NCBI RefSeq assembly: GCF_056746865.1
Contig: NZ_CM163382.1
Reading direction: 5' to 3' (one strand)
DNA: 64,000 nt
Part shown: positions 42,874 to 56,927 of the stretch, in pieces
Position numbering within the stretch: position 1 is the stretch's first letter
Layout: the number at the start of each line of letters is the position of its first letter
Made by a program: the position numbers and the translations under genes
Notes under the pieces: generated by a model
The model's database searches: none
Told to the model about the DNA's origin: nothing
Seen by the model: only the letters and a program-made list of their open reading frames with translations

Positions 42874-43239
42874 ATGAATAACCACGCTACTGTGCAATCT
42901 TCCACGCCGGTTTCTGCTGCGCCACTGCTGCAGGTCAGCGGCGCACTCATCGCCATTATTGCCCTGATCCTCGCTGCTGCCTGGCTGGTAAAACGGTTGG
43001 GATTTGCCCCGAAACGCACTGGCGTTAACGGTCTGAAAATTAGCGCCAGTGCTTCGCTGGGCGCGCGTGAACGGGTTGTGGTGGTCGATGTGGAAGATGC
43101 ACGGCTGGTGCTCGGCGTTACCGCAGGGCAAATCAATCTGCTGCATAAACTTCCCCCTTCAGCACCAACAGAAGAGATACCGCAGACCGATTTTCAGTCG
43201 GTCATGAAAAATTTGCTTAAGCGTAGCGGGAGATCCTGA
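42874..43239 (+). CDS. fliO: Flagellar biosynthesis protein FliO
   Basis: ORF 42871-43239 (MMNNHAT...); second Met taken as start to give 121 aa; start uncertain by one codon. Confidence 0.88.
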   Translation: MNNHATVQSSTPVSAAPLLQVSGALIAIIALILAAAWLVKRLGFAPKRTGVNGLKISASASLGARERVVVVDVEDARLVLGVTAGQINLLHKLPPSAPTEEIPQTDFQSVMKNLLKRSGRS

Positions 43240-43976
43240 TGCGTCGTTTGTTGTCTGTCGCCCCTGTCCTTCTCTGGCTGGTTACGCCCCTCGCCTTCGC
43301 GCAACTGCCAGGTATCACCAGCCAGCCGCTGCCTGGCGGTGGACAAAGCTGGTCGCTCCCGGTGCAGACGCTGGTGTTCATCACCTCGTTGACGTTTATT
43401 CCGGCAATTTTACTAATGATGACCAGTTTCACCCGCATCATTATTGTTTTTGGTTTATTGCGTAACGCGCTGGGAACGCCCTCCGCGCCACCTAACCAGG
43501 TATTGCTGGGACTGGCGCTGTTTTTGACCTTTTTTATTATGTCGCCGGTGATCGATAAAATTTATGTCGATGCGTACCAGCCATTCAGCGAAGAGAAAAT
43601 ATCAATGCAGGAGGCGCTGGAAAAAGGGGCGCAGCCGCTGCGTGAGTTTATGCTGCGTCAGACCCGTGAGGCGGATTTAGGGTTGTTTGCCAGACTGGCG
43701 AATACCGGCCCGTTGCAGGGACCTGAAGCCGTGCCGATGCGCATTTTGCTCCCGGCCTACGTGACCAGCGAGTTGAAAACCGCATTTCAGATAGGCTTCA
43801 CGATTTTCATCCCTTTTTTGATTATCGACCTGGTGATTGCCAGCGTGTTGATGGCATTGGGGATGATGATGGTCCCCCCCGCCACCATTGCTCTGCCCTT
43901 TAAACTGATGCTGTTTGTACTGGTGGATGGTTGGCAATTGCTGGTCAGTTCGCTGGCGCAGAGCTTTTACAGCTAG
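43239..43976 (+). CDS. fliP: Flagellar export apparatus protein FliP
   Basis: 245 aa [37 protein letters not shown]... Confidence 0.95.
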   Translation: MRRLLSVAPVLLWLVTPLAFAQLPGITSQPLPGGGQSWSLPVQTLVFITSLTFIPAILLMMTSFTRIIIVFGLLRNALGTPSAPPNQVLLGLALFLTFFIMSPVIDKIYVDAYQPFSEEKISMQEALEKGAQPLREFMLRQTREADLGLFARLANTGPLQGPEAVPMRILLPAYVTSELKTAFQIGFTIFIPFLIIDLVIASVLMALGMMMVPPATIALPFKLMLFVLVDGWQLLVSSLAQSFYS

Positions 43977-43985
43977 AGAGGCAAA

Positions 43986-44255
43986 ATGACACCTGAATCG
44001 GTCATGATGATGGGGACTGAAGCGATGAAAGTCGCGCTGGCACTAGCTGCCCCGCTGTTGCTGGTGGCGCTGGTCACGGGCCTTATCATCAGTATTTTGC
44101 AGGCCGCCACACAGATCAACGAAATGACGCTGTCGTTTATACCAAAAATCATCGCCGTATTTATTGCCATTATTATTGCCGGACCGTGGATGCTCAATCT
44201 GTTGCTGGATTACGTCCGCACCTTGTTCACTAACCTGCCGTATATCATCGGGTAG
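43986..44255 (+). CDS. fliQ: Flagellar export apparatus protein FliQ
   Basis: 89 aa [35 protein letters not shown]... Confidence 0.95.
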   Translation: MTPESVMMMGTEAMKVALALAAPLLLVALVTGLIISILQAATQINEMTLSFIPKIIAVFIAIIIAGPWMLNLLLDYVRTLFTNLPYIIG

Positions 44256-44263
44256 CCCGTACA

Positions 44264-45049
44264 ATGATGCAGGTGACAAGCGATCAATGGCTTTCCTGGT
44301 TAAGCCTCTACTTCTGGCCGTTACTGCGCGTGCTGGCGCTCATTTCTACCGCGCCAATTCTGAGCGAACGCAGCGTGCCGAAACGGGTAAAACTGGGTCT
44401 GGCAATGATGATCACGTTCGCTATTGCCCCATCATTACCTGCCAACGATGTTCCTGTTTTTTCGTTCTTTGCTCTGTGGCTGGCCGTGCAGCAGATCCTG
44501 ATCGGCGTTGCGCTTGGTTTTACCATGCAATTTGCCTTTGCCGCTGTGCGAACCGCTGGCGAAATTATCGGTCTGCAAATGGGGCTGTCATTTGCGACGT
44601 TTGTCGATCCAGCCAGCCATCTCAATATGCCCGTTTTAGCGCGTATCATGGATATGCTGGCGTTACTGCTGTTCCTGACATTTAACGGTCATTTATGGTT
44701 GATTTCACTGCTGGTCGATACCTTTCACACCCTGCCAATTGGTGGCGAACCGTTGAACAGCAATGCGTTTCTGGCACTCACCAAAGCGGGGAGTTTGATT
44801 TTCCTTAACGGGCTGATGCTGGCGTTACCGCTCATTACTCTGCTGCTGACCCTGAATCTGGCATTAGGTTTACTGAATCGTATGGCCCCGCAATTATCCA
44901 TTTTTGTTATTGGATTTCCATTAACTCTGACTGTCGGTATCTCTTTAATGGCGGCATTAATGCCGTTAATTGCGCCTTTTTGCGAACATTTATTCAGTGA
45001 AATTTTTAATTTGCTGGCTGATATTATTAGTGAATTGCCATTAATATAA
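44264..45049 (+). CDS. fliR: Flagellar export apparatus protein FliR
   Basis: 261 aa membrane ORF; last gene of the fliL operon. Confidence 0.95.
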   Translation: MMQVTSDQWLSWLSLYFWPLLRVLALISTAPILSERSVPKRVKLGLAMMITFAIAPSLPANDVPVFSFFALWLAVQQILIGVALGFTMQFAFAAVRTAGEIIGLQMGLSFATFVDPASHLNMPVLARIMDMLALLLFLTFNGHLWLISLLVDTFHTLPIGGEPLNSNAFLALTKAGSLIFLNGLMLALPLITLLLTLNLALGLLNRMAPQLSIFVIGFPLTLTVGISLMAALMPLIAPFCEHLFSEIFNLLADIISELPLI

Positions 45050-45074
45050 TTCCGTAACGTTTATCATGTTATCC

Positions 45075-45088
45075 TAAGGATTATCCGA
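45075..45088 (+). promoter_or_regulatory. Candidate RcsAB box in the rcsA promoter
   Basis: TAAGGATTATCCGA resembles the RcsAB box consensus TaAGaatatTCctA; rcsA is known to be autoregulated. Confidence 0.45.
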
Positions 45089-45338
45089 AAAATAATACCT
45101 GCGAACATCTTCCAGGATACTCCTGTGGCGAAATATTTGTTTTAAGCTCACTCACATATCGCAACATTTACTTTACTTTAAGACAATTCCAGGCAAATTA
45201 TACAACACTTTACGGGATAGTAAGTCCGCCTGAAAAATCGCGAGAGTGGCGCATTAGGTGACCCATGTTGTTCCGTTTAGTCATGATAAAATATTCAGGT
45301 AAGGGGAATTATCGTTACGCATTGAGTGAGGGTATGCC

Positions 45339-45962
45339 ATGTCAACGATTATTATGGATTTATGTAGTTACACCCGACTAGGTTTAACCGGGTATCTGTT
45401 GAGTAGAGGGGTTAAAAAAAGAGAAATCAACGACATTGAAACCGTTGATGACCTTGCCATAGCTTGTGATTCACAGCGCCCTTCAGTGGTGTTTATTAAT
45501 GAGGACTGTTTCATCCATGATGCTTCTAACAGTCAGCGCATCAAGCACATCATTAATCAACATCCCAATACGTTATTTATCGTTTTTATGGCAATTGCCA
45601 ATGTTCATTTTGATGAATATCTATTGGTCAGAAAAAATTTATTGATCAGTTCTAAATCGATTAAACCGGAATCTCTCGACGATATCCTTGGCGATATTCT
45701 GAAAAAAGAGACAACGATAACCTCTTTTTTAAATATGCCGACGTTATCATTGAGCCGAACCGAATCGAGTATGTTGCGAATGTGGATGGCAGGTCAGGGA
45801 ACCATTCAAATCTCTGACCAAATGAATATCAAAGCCAAGACCGTTTCATCGCATAAAGGTAATATTAAACGTAAGATCAAAACGCATAATAAACAGGTTA
45901 TCTACCATGTCGTCCGACTGACGGATAATGTGACTAATGGTATTTTTGTCAACATGCGCTAA
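45339..45962 (+). CDS. rcsA: Capsule synthesis regulator RcsA (LuxR family)
   Basis: 207 aa [41 protein letters not shown]... Confidence 0.95.
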   Translation: MSTIIMDLCSYTRLGLTGYLLSRGVKKREINDIETVDDLAIACDSQRPSVVFINEDCFIHDASNSQRIKHIINQHPNTLFIVFMAIANVHFDEYLLVRKNLLISSKSIKPESLDDILGDILKKETTITSFLNMPTLSLSRTESSMLRMWMAGQGTIQISDQMNIKAKTVSSHKGNIKRKIKTHNKQVIYHVVRLTDNVTNGIFVNMR

Positions 45963-46005
45963 CACATTCTGACTGGTGGTTTCCCACCAGTCAGGCTGAA
46001 TAAGA

Positions 46006-46284
<279 letters not shown>

Positions 46285-46356
46285 CTATACTTAAGAGATG
46301 CCAGGCGGACTTAACGACTGGCGGCAACAACAGAGTAACGGTTGCGAGGAAAGATG

Positions 46357-46584
46357 ATGAAAACCGCAAAAGAGTACAGCGATACCGCAAAACGTGAGGT
46401 CAGCGTCGATGTCGATGCCCTGCTGGCGGCGATCAATGAAATTAGCGAAAGCGAAGTTCATCGCAGCCAGAACGATTCTGAACACGTTAGCGTCGATGGA
46501 CGTGAATATCATACATGGCGTGAATTGGCGGATGCCTTCGAACTGGATATTCATGACTTCAGCGTCTCTGAAGTGAATCGTTGA
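46357..46584 (+). CDS. yodD: Stress-induced small protein YodD
   Basis: ORF 46342-46584; start taken at MKTAKEYSDTAKREVSVDVDALLAAINEISE (75 aa); choice among clustered Met codons uncertain. Confidence 0.8.
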   Translation: MKTAKEYSDTAKREVSVDVDALLAAINEISESEVHRSQNDSEHVSVDGREYHTWRELADAFELDIHDFSVSEVNR

Positions 46585-46597
46585 ATGCACAATAAAA

Positions 46598-46684
46598 AAA
46601 TCCCGACCCTGAGGGGGTCGGGATGAAACTTGCTTAAGCAAGAAGCACTTAAAAAATTCGTTACACCAGGAAATCTGATGTGTT
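46598..46684 (-). ncRNA. dsrA: DsrA small regulatory RNA
   Basis: Reverse complement matches DsrA: AACACATCAGATTTCCTGGTGTAACGAATTTTTTAAGTGCTTCTTGCTTAAGCAAGTTTCATCCCGACCCCCTCAGGGTCGGGATTT. Confidence 0.93.
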
Positions 46685-46863
46685 CATCACCTTATCCGCA
46701 ATTTTTTTCGCTGACAAGAAAATATTCGCGATATGAATGATTAACGCTACTTATGAATAGAAATGTGACGTGCGTCACCCCTTGGTGGCTCTGGCGTCAA
46801 CGGGATCGCTCCCGAAAAAATCATCTTTGATTATTTGTGCTGTTTTGAGAATCATCCTGGTAA

Positions 46864-49388
<2,525 letters not shown>

Positions 49389-49469
49389 CCTGACGACTCC
49401 CAACCTGCTTTTTTATGATTCTGGCATAACCTGGCGATAGCGTACCGCAAAACAGCGATAATTTTATAA

Positions 49470-49610
49470 TGGTGGCATGATAAGACGCGACAGACATCGA
49501 TAGTTTTATAACGTAGGCATGATAAGACGCGATAGCGTCGCATCAGGCAATTCAGTGCAGACACTGGCACACCCGACCGGATGCGACGTGAGCGCCACAT
49601 CCGGTCGGGT
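49470..49610. repeat. REP-type palindromic repeat cluster
   Basis: ggcatgataagacgcga occurs twice (49474-49490, 49516-49532); REP palindrome at 49518-49549; long palindrome cccgaccggatgcgacgtgagcgccacatccggtcggg at 49572-49609. Confidence 0.7.
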
Positions 49611-49625
49611 GTTAATGATACCCTT

Positions 49626-49808
49626 TCAAACTTCTTCCGCAGGACGACTCCCCTCCCCTGGAACAAGCTCGGTTTCATGAAAAGCTTCCCGCTTGACCCC
49701 GTAACCGTCATACCAACGACACTCAACCATACCGCTGGAGTATCCAGTGACAATCATCCGCGGGCCGCCCTCTTTAACCGTAACTTCCTCACTAACCATA
49801 AAGCTCAT
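49626..49808 (-). CDS. yodC: Small protein YodC
   Basis: 60 aa ORF MSFMVSEEVTVKEGGPRMIVTGYSSGMVECRWYDGYGVKREAFHE... Confidence 0.85.
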   Translation of the reverse strand: MSFMVSEEVTVKEGGPRMIVTGYSSGMVECRWYDGYGVKREAFHETELVPGEGSRPAEEV

Positions 49809-49886
49809 ACTCGCCTCCTTTTTTCGAGTGAAACTTGTTCACCTTAGTTGAAGATGGCGAATTTTGCATAATAGCCTGTGCGAGTA

Positions 49887-50804
49887 TTAATGTGCCTGAC
49901 CGCGCATTTTCGCTACGGCTTTCACTCCCAGCACCACTATGCCGCCGATGATAAATCCAAGAATCAGATTTAAAACAGTCGGTAATATCATCGCCACCAC
50001 TGCACTTTGCTGCCCGGCGAAATGTTCAATGGCGTGATGCAGCGGCGCAATTCCATGTACCACAATCCCACCGCCGACGAGGAACATCGCCAGCGTGCCT
50101 ACAATTGATAACGCTTTCATCAGCCAGGGCGCAATGATCAATAACCCTTTACCTAATGCCTGCATCAGCGCGCTGGATTTTTCCGCCAGCCAATACCCCA
50201 GGTCATCAATCTTAACGATAACCCCTACCAGACCGTAGACGCCCACGGTCACTACCAGCGCGATGCCTGAAAGCACCAGCACCTGATTAAGCAACGGCGC
50301 TTCGGCCACAATCCCCAGCGTGATGGCGACGATTTCCGCAGACAATATAAAATCGGTACGAATCGCCCCTTTTATTTTGTCCTTTTCAAACTTCAGCGGA
50401 TCCTGCGCCGCCAGCTTCTCCAGACGCTGCTGACTCTGCGCCGGATCTTCTTTATGTTTACGCGCCTCCAGCATATGCAGCACTTTCTCTACCCCTTCAA
50501 AGCAGAGAAACGCGCCGCCAATCATCAACAGTGGCGTAATCGCCCACGGGATAAACGCACTGATGATCAGCGCCAGCGGCACCAGAATCACTTTATTGAT
50601 CAGCGATCCTTTCGCCACGCCCCAGACCACGGGAAGTTCCCGGTTGGCCCGCACGCCTGAAACTTGTTGCGCATTGAGCGATAAGTCATCCCCTAATACA
50701 CCGGCGGTTTTCTTCGCCGCCAGTTTGCCCATCACGGAGATATCGTCCAGTAGAGTGGCGATATCATCGAGCAACGTCAGTAAACTACTCCCGGCCAAAA
50801 GCAT
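49887..50804 (-). CDS. yedI: Inner membrane protein YedI (DUF808)
   Basis: 305 aa membrane [43 protein letters not shown]... Confidence 0.9.
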   Translation of the reverse strand: MLLAGSSLLTLLDDIATLLDDISVMGKLAAKKTAGVLGDDLSLNAQQVSGVRANRELPVVWGVAKGSLINKVILVPLALIISAFIPWAITPLLMIGGAFLCFEGVEKVLHMLEARKHKEDPAQSQQRLEKLAAQDPLKFEKDKIKGAIRTDFILSAEIVAITLGIVAEAPLLNQVLVLSGIALVVTVGVYGLVGVIVKIDDLGYWLAEKSSALMQALGKGLLIIAPWLMKALSIVGTLAMFLVGGGIVVHGIAPLHHAIEHFAGQQSAVVAMILPTVLNLILGFIIGGIVVLGVKAVAKMRGQAH

Positions 50805-50975
50805 TCCCTCTCATTTTTATTGTTGAAGGGTGTAAGTATGAAGCAAAAACGGCAGCTCTGATACTTGCTTCACAGGTCAACATTTTTTAACAATCAAGTG
50901 CAATTATATCTCTCGCCAGCAGAATGATTTTCACGTTTACTATGAACCACCTTTTTATTTCCACCGTGAGGGATT

Positions 50976-51896
50976 ATGCGTTTCCGCCAGTTGTTACCGC
51001 TTTTTGGCGCGCTGTTTGCGTTGTATATCATTTGGGGCTCAACCTATTTTGTCATTCGGATTGGCGTGGAAAGCTGGCCTCCGTTAATGATGGCAGGCGT
51101 TCGATTCCTGGCAGCCGGTATTTTATTGCTGGCATTTTTGCTACTGCGCGGACACAAACTCCCCCCGCTACGTCCGCTTCTCAATGCCGCGCTGATTGGC
51201 CTGTTATTGCTGGCTGTCGGTAATGGCATGGTGACGGTTGCCGAACATCAAAATGTTCCTTCCGGCATCGCCGCCGTAGTGGTTGCAACCGTGCCCCTCT
51301 TTACCCTGTGCTTCAGCCGCCTGTTTGGCATTAAAACGCGCAAACTGGAATGGGTGGGTATTGCCATTGGGCTTGCCGGAATCATCATGCTCAATAGCGG
51401 TGGAAATTTAAGCGGCAATCCGTGGGGCGCGATTCTGATTTTAATCGGCTCGATTAGCTGGGCGTTTGGCTCGGTTTATGGCTCGCGCATTACCTTACCT
51501 GTAGGGATGATGGCGGGTGCGATTGAGATGCTGGCGGCAGGCGTGGTGTTAATGATCGCGTCGATGATTGCAGGTGAAAAACTGACGGCACTCCCTTCCC
51601 TTTCAGGCTTCCTTGCGGTCGGCTATCTGGCGCTGTTTGGTTCGATTATCGCCATTAACGCTTATATGTATTTAATCCGCAACGTCAGTCCGGCTCTCGC
51701 CACCAGCTACGCCTACGTTAACCCGGTGGTCGCGGTCTTGCTGGGTACGGGACTGGGCGGAGAAACGCTGTCGAAGATTGAATGGCTGGCGCTCGGCGTA
51801 ATTGTCTTCGCGGTGGTACTGGTCACGTTGGGAAAATATCTCTTCCCGGCAAACCCCGTAGTTGCGCCAGTTATTCAGGACGCATCAAGCGAGTAA
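50976..51896 (+). CDS. yedA: EamA/DMT-family transporter YedA
   Basis: 306 aa ORF with about ten predicted transmembrane segments. Confidence 0.9.
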   Translation: MRFRQLLPLFGALFALYIIWGSTYFVIRIGVESWPPLMMAGVRFLAAGILLLAFLLLRGHKLPPLRPLLNAALIGLLLLAVGNGMVTVAEHQNVPSGIAAVVVATVPLFTLCFSRLFGIKTRKLEWVGIAIGLAGIIMLNSGGNLSGNPWGAILILIGSISWAFGSVYGSRITLPVGMMAGAIEMLAAGVVLMIASMIAGEKLTALPSLSGFLAVGYLALFGSIIAINAYMYLIRNVSPALATSYAYVNPVVAVLLGTGLGGETLSKIEWLALGVIVFAVVLVTLGKYLFPANPVVAPVIQDASSE

Positions 51897-52355
51897 ATGA
51901 ATCCCCTGCGTGTCGATCTGCGCGCTGGCACCTTCGCCGCAGATCCACTCTTCCAGACGCTCGCTAAGCGCTTCATCCGTCAGCTTCTCGCGCCCACGTA
52001 ATGCACACTCCCAGACAATCAATACGCGCCAGCCGAGTTCCTGCAAACGACTGATATCGCGGCGATCGCGTTCAACATTTTTACCTATCTTCTCCAGCCA
52101 GAACTCGGTTCGAGTCGCAGGCACTTTAAACAGATAGCAGTGATGATGATGCCAGAAGCAGCCGTGGGTAAATATCACGCAGCGATATTCATCAACGACA
52201 AAATCCGGGCGTCCGGGCAGACTGGCGTCCTGAACGCGAAATGCCAGGCCCTGCCCGGTTAACAGACTGGCGAGGCGCTTCTCTATCGCCGTATCACGCG
52301 TGGCAATCGCGCGCATATTTTTGCTGCGGGTGGCCTTATCGTGAACGTCGGCCAT
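51885..52355 (-). CDS. vsr: Very-short-patch repair endonuclease
   Basis: ORF 51885-52517; start trimmed to [28 protein letters not shown] (156 aa). Confidence 0.93.
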   Translation of the reverse strand: MADVHDKATRSKNMRAIATRDTAIEKRLASLLTGQGLAFRVQDASLPGRPDFVVDEYRCVIFTHGCFWHHHHCYLFKVPATRTEFWLEKIGKNVERDRRDISRLQELGWRVLIVWECALRGREKLTDEALSERLEEWICGEGASAQIDTQGIHLLA

Positions 52356-53754
52356 GTTGTGCCTCTTGCTGACGCAACGCCACCGCCTGTTTGATTTTTG
52401 GCTCAAGCAGTTTTGCCACCGCGGCAAAGACCGGCACGACCACCGAGTTACCGAACTGGCGATAGGCCTGAGTGTCCGAAACCGGAATGCGGAATTTCGC
52501 TTCTCCCGGCGCTTCAAAACCCATTAAGCGCGCGCATTCCCGAGGCGTTAACCGACGTGGACGATGTTGCTGATTCAGCGGATCGTCAAAGTCTTTCTCA
52601 CCCGTGGCCATATCCCAGCCGCGATCGATTAAAATTTCCGCGCCATCTTTGTAATAACGCGCAGACAGCGTACGCGTGACGCTTTGCGGATTGTTAGGAT
52701 AGACCATTCCATAACCGAAGCCGTTACCGCGCGCCTGATGTTTTTTCGCATAACGATAGAGGTACTTCCACAGCACCGGCGTCAGGATATATTTCGCCTC
52801 GACCATCGGGTCCAGCAGCTGCGCCAGCGTCACTCGCTGTGCAGGGAAACATTCGCTGATATCACGCAGAGTAAAATCGGCTTTCAGATTAAGATCGCGA
52901 CGAAAACCCACCAGCACGATGCGTTCACGGTGCTGCGGCAGAAAATGTTTACCATCGATGATTTTCGGATCGTCCGGCCCGTTATCTTCTGCATCAGCCA
53001 CGTCATAGCCCAGTTCGTCCAGCGTCTGCATGATGATGCGGAACGTTTTACCCTGGTCGTGGCTTTTCAGGTTTTTGACGTTTTCGAGCACAAACATCGC
53101 CGGACGACGCGCGTCGATAATGCGCACCACATCAAAGAACAGCGTGCCCTGAGTATCGCAGGCAAAACCGTGCGCCCGCCCGAGCGAGTTCTTTTTCGAT
53201 ACGCCAGCCAGCGAAAATGGCTGACAAGGGAAACCGGCCAGTAAAACATCGTGTTCAGGAATGTGTTTACGAATATGTTCCGCCGCCGCCTCATCACTCA
53301 CGCCTTCTTTATGGCTGAGGGTGATGTCGCGGATATCTTCATTAAAATGATGCGTCGCCGGGTCGCAATAATGATTGGCTTTATAAGTGCGTACCGCATG
53401 TTTGTTCCATTCGCTGGTAAACACGCATTGTCCGCCAATCGATTCAAAACCGCGACGGATGCCGCCAATTCCGGCAAATAGATCGATAAAGCGAAACGCA
53501 TAATGCGGATGATGTGCCGGTGGTTTGGGTAACAACGTTTGCAGATGGGCGAACTCTTTCTCACTTAAACGGTGCCATGCCGAGTCATTCGCCAGCGCAC
53601 GTTTTAAAATTGCCGCGCTCCAGTGATTCTCACCCACACCATTAAGCTGCGCCACCAGCGTTTTAACATCATAAATTTGCAGCAGTTTCTCCAGCATTGC
53701 CTGTGCGGCATTCCCGGTGCTGTATGAATCGGTTACTGATATATTTTCCTGCAT
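52336..53754 (-). CDS. dcm: DNA cytosine-5 methyltransferase Dcm
   Basis: ORF 52336-53763; start trimmed to [14 protein letters not shown] (472 aa); C5-MTase motifs FAGIGG and PCQ present; overlaps vsr start. Confidence 0.95.
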   Translation of the reverse strand: MQENISVTDSYSTGNAAQAMLEKLLQIYDVKTLVAQLNGVGENHWSAAILKRALANDSAWHRLSEKEFAHLQTLLPKPPAHHPHYAFRFIDLFAGIGGIRRGFESIGGQCVFTSEWNKHAVRTYKANHYCDPATHHFNEDIRDITLSHKEGVSDEAAAEHIRKHIPEHDVLLAGFPCQPFSLAGVSKKNSLGRAHGFACDTQGTLFFDVVRIIDARRPAMFVLENVKNLKSHDQGKTFRIIMQTLDELGYDVADAEDNGPDDPKIIDGKHFLPQHRERIVLVGFRRDLNLKADFTLRDISECFPAQRVTLAQLLDPMVEAKYILTPVLWKYLYRYAKKHQARGNGFGYGMVYPNNPQSVTRTLSARYYKDGAEILIDRGWDMATGEKDFDDPLNQQHRPRRLTPRECARLMGFEAPGEAKFRIPVSDTQAYRQFGNSVVVPVFAAVAKLLEPKIKQAVALRQQEAQHGRRSR

Positions 53755-53820
53755 AGATTTCACCGGCCATCTGAGATGGCCGACAGGTTAACATAATTAC
53801 AGCCATTTAGGGCCACGCGC

Positions 53821-54516
53821 TCAGCCAGCGGATGAAAACGCATCTATCACCTTGTGATCGACACCTTCATTCTCCCCCGCCAGTTCGGCACTGAGCTTCG
53901 CCATAAACTCGACTAAAAAATGCGCGTTGTGCTGCGCCAGCTGCTTGCCTCTTGCGGTTTGCATGGTTTGCGGTAGCTTCAGCAACTTAGTCTGGAAATG
54001 ATCCAGCGCGTAGCGTTTATCATCAAGCGGGCGATGCTGTGCGAGCGGATCTTCACCATCAAACAGCGCCACGCCCAATGCCCCTGAAACGGCAAACACG
54101 CGCGCCAGGCCAATCGCTCCCAGGGCTTCCAGCCGATCTGCATCCTGGACGATTTTAGCTTCCGTGGTTAAGGGGGCGATTTGCGCGCTGAAACTGTGAG
54201 CGGCAATAGCATGACAAACGGCCTCAATTTTCTCCGCCGGAAATTGCACGAACTCTTCACGGAGCAGGCGACGCGTCTCTTCTGCTGCCAGGATTGAAGA
54301 ACGCTGCCTTTGCGGATGATTTTTCGCCAGGCTCACAATATCGTGAAAATAACAGGCGGTTAAAATCACCAGCATATCGACGTCGTCATCTGCCGCCAGC
54401 TTCTGTGCCGTAGCCCAGACGCGGCGAAAATGACACACGTCATGGGCCGCGTCCTGGTGCTGATGATGGTTTTTCAACCAGTTTTCGAACTGTGCCTGCC
54501 AGTGTTGTAAGTCCAT
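53821..54516 (-). CDS. yedJ: HD-domain phosphohydrolase YedJ
   Basis: 231 aa ORF with the HD signature (CYFHDIV). Confidence 0.9.
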   Translation of the reverse strand: MDLQHWQAQFENWLKNHHQHQDAAHDVCHFRRVWATAQKLAADDDVDMLVILTACYFHDIVSLAKNHPQRQRSSILAAEETRRLLREEFVQFPAEKIEAVCHAIAAHSFSAQIAPLTTEAKIVQDADRLEALGAIGLARVFAVSGALGVALFDGEDPLAQHRPLDDKRYALDHFQTKLLKLPQTMQTARGKQLAQHNAHFLVEFMAKLSAELAGENEGVDHKVIDAFSSAG

Positions 54517-54555
54517 ACGCGCTCCGTTGCCAAAGAGTAGCCACCTTAGCAGTTT

Positions 54556-54939
54556 TTATTCATAGCGTCTGCTACGTGCGGGACGAGGTCGGGTGTACCA
54601 GGCAATGCTGCCTAACAATGCCCCGACCAGAGCCATAAATAAAAATCCGACCAGTGCCCCTAACCACTTTCCCGCGGTAGAGCCTAAATCGCTTTCAAAT
54701 CCCGACACGGGGGCATCGGGGATCCGGCTCATCACCCAGATGTAACGCGCCATTGCCCAGACGAAATAGCCACACCATGTATAGAAAGCCCACAAAGCCA
54801 GTTTGCCGCCAGGGCTGCGAGAGAGTCTCTCTTCCATCTTTGTCGAACCGTATTCCATTTTGAGATAACCCGGAAAATTCAGACTTAGTACTATTATGTG
54901 ATAAAAGTCACATTTTTCCACATTGGATGAGCCAGTCAA
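54556..54939 (-). CDS. yedR: Inner membrane protein YedR (start codon uncertain)
   Basis: 127 aa ORF with two hydrophobic segments; position matches yedR; the true start may be an internal Met. Confidence 0.7.
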   Translation of the reverse strand: MTGSSNVEKCDFYHIIVLSLNFPGYLKMEYGSTKMEERLSRSPGGKLALWAFYTWCGYFVWAMARYIWVMSRIPDAPVSGFESDLGSTAGKWLGALVGFLFMALVGALLGSIAWYTRPRPARSRRYE

Positions 54940-55086
54940 GACTCAATCATTTTTTGAACAAATAGATAAATTTTGCGCAACGGCAGTGAATACAGGAAAA
55001 ATCGTTTTGAGCGATTTTATTTATCTTTGATATCGGCTTTATTAATTCATTTAATCAATATATTAGCACTGATTACAATTATACCT

Positions 55087-55177
55087 TTTTATTATTCTGT
55101 GTCATGATGCTTCCGTTATTAGCCTTTTATCGTCTTGTTTATATTTTTTGGGCCGGCATGATGCCGGCTTTTTTTTA
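55087..55177 (+). ncRNA. rseX: Candidate small RNA ending in an orphan terminator (position expected for RseX)
   Basis: Hairpin ggccggcatgatgccggc plus T8 at 55151-55177 with no plus-strand CDS upstream; RseX is known to lie between yedR and the yedS porin gene. 5' end not determined. Confidence 0.4.
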
Positions 55178-56229
55178 TGCCTTCATTAATGTGCGCCTGA
55201 TCACACCAGCCGTTTGGCGCAACAATCATTGATACCCCCTATGTTTCCGCTCAACTCATAACATATTGATATACATTTATAATTTTCATGAATATTTATA
55301 TTTAGAATTCATAATTCTGAATTATATTAAATAGATTAGAAACATTTTGAAATCTTTTAAATACATTTGTTACATGTAATCCTTAAAATAAAATGAACTT
55401 CATAGAATAGTATCCAAATGTGCTTTTTTTGGATAACGGCACTTATTGATATATTCATGAAGATTATAATCACAAGGGAATACATAATGAAAAGAAAAGT
55501 TCTGGCAATGCTGGTCCCGGCGTTATTAGTTGCTGGCGCAGCAAATGCGGCTGAAATTTACAATAAAGATGGCAATAAAGTTGATTTCTACGGCAAGATG
55601 GTTGGCGAACGCATCTGGTCAAATACTGATGATAATAACAGCGAAAACGAAGATACCTCCTATGCTCGTTTCGGTGTTAAAGGTGAAACCCAAATCACCA
55701 GCGAACTGACTGGTTTTGGTCAGTTTGAATACAACCTCGACGCCAGCAAGCCCGAAGGCTCTAATCAGGAAAAAACCCGTTTAACCTTCGCAGGTTTGAA
55801 ATATAACGAGTTAGGATCTTTCGACTATGGTCGTAACTACGGTGTTGCTTATGATGCCGCAGCTTATACCGATATGTTAGTTGAATGGGGTGGTGATTCC
55901 TGGGCTTCCGCTGACAACTTCATGAACGGTCGTACCAACGGTGTTGCAACCTACCGTAACTCTGATTTCTTTGGTCTGGTTGATGGTCTGAATTTTGCTG
56001 TGCAATATCAAGGTAAGAACAGCAATCGTGGCGTTACTAAACAAAACGGTGATGGCTATGCGTTGTCTGTAGACTACAACATCGAAGGTTTTGGTTTTGT
56101 AGGTGCATATAGCAAATCTGATCGTACTAATGAACAAGCTGGTGACGGCTACGGTGATAACGCTGAAGTGTGGTCATTAGCAGCCAAGTATGATGCAAAT
56201 AATATCTATGCAGCGGTAATGACTCCAAC

Positions 56230-56733
56230 TTATTGATAGTGTTTTATGTTCAGATAATGCCCGATGACTTTGTCATGCAGCTCCACCGATTTTGAGAACG
56301 ACAGCGACTTCCGTCCCAGCCGTGCCAGGTGCTGCCTCAGATTCAGGTTATGCCGCTCAATTCGCTGCGTATATCGCTTGCTGATTACGTGCAGCTTTCC
56401 CTTCAGGCGGGATTCATACAGCGGCCAGCCATCCGTCATCCATATCACCACGTCAAAGGGTGACAGCAGGCTCATAAGACGCCCCAGCGTCGCCATCGTG
56501 CGTTCACCGAATACGTGCGCAACAACCGTCTTCCGGAGCCTGTCATACGCGTAAAACAGCCAGCGCTGGCGCGATTTAGCCCCGACATAGCCCCACTGTT
56601 CGTCCATTTCCGCGCAGACGATGACGTCACTGCCCGGCTGTATGCGCGAGGTTACCGACTGCGGCCTGAGTTTTTTAAGTGACGTAAAATCGTGTTGAGG
56701 CCAACGCCCATAATGCGGGCAGTTGCCCGGCAT
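56230..56733 (-). CDS. insB: IS1 InsB reading frame (expressed as InsAB' transposase by -1 frameshift)
   Basis: 167 aa ORF ...[52 protein letters not shown]...; overlaps insA 3' end. Confidence 0.9.
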
Positions 56734-56927
56734 CCAACGCCATTCATGGCCATATCAATGATTTTCTGGTGCGTACCGGGTTGAGAAGCGGTGTAAGTGA
56801 ACTGCAGTTGCCATGTTTTACGGCAGTGAGAGCAGAGATAGCGCTGATGTCCGGCGGTGCTTTTGCCGTTACGCACCACCCCGTCAGTAGCTGAACAGGA
56901 GGGACAGCTGATAGAAACAGAAGCCAC
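56652..56927 (-). CDS. insA: IS1 protein InsA
   Basis: 91 aa [46 protein letters not shown]... Confidence 0.93.

Noticed and set aside
55418-55486. 23-codon N-terminal extension of the porin ORF ([13 protein letters not shown]...)
   Set aside because: The canonical porin signal peptide [21 protein letters not shown] starts at 55487; the upstream extension is AT-rich promoter sequence.
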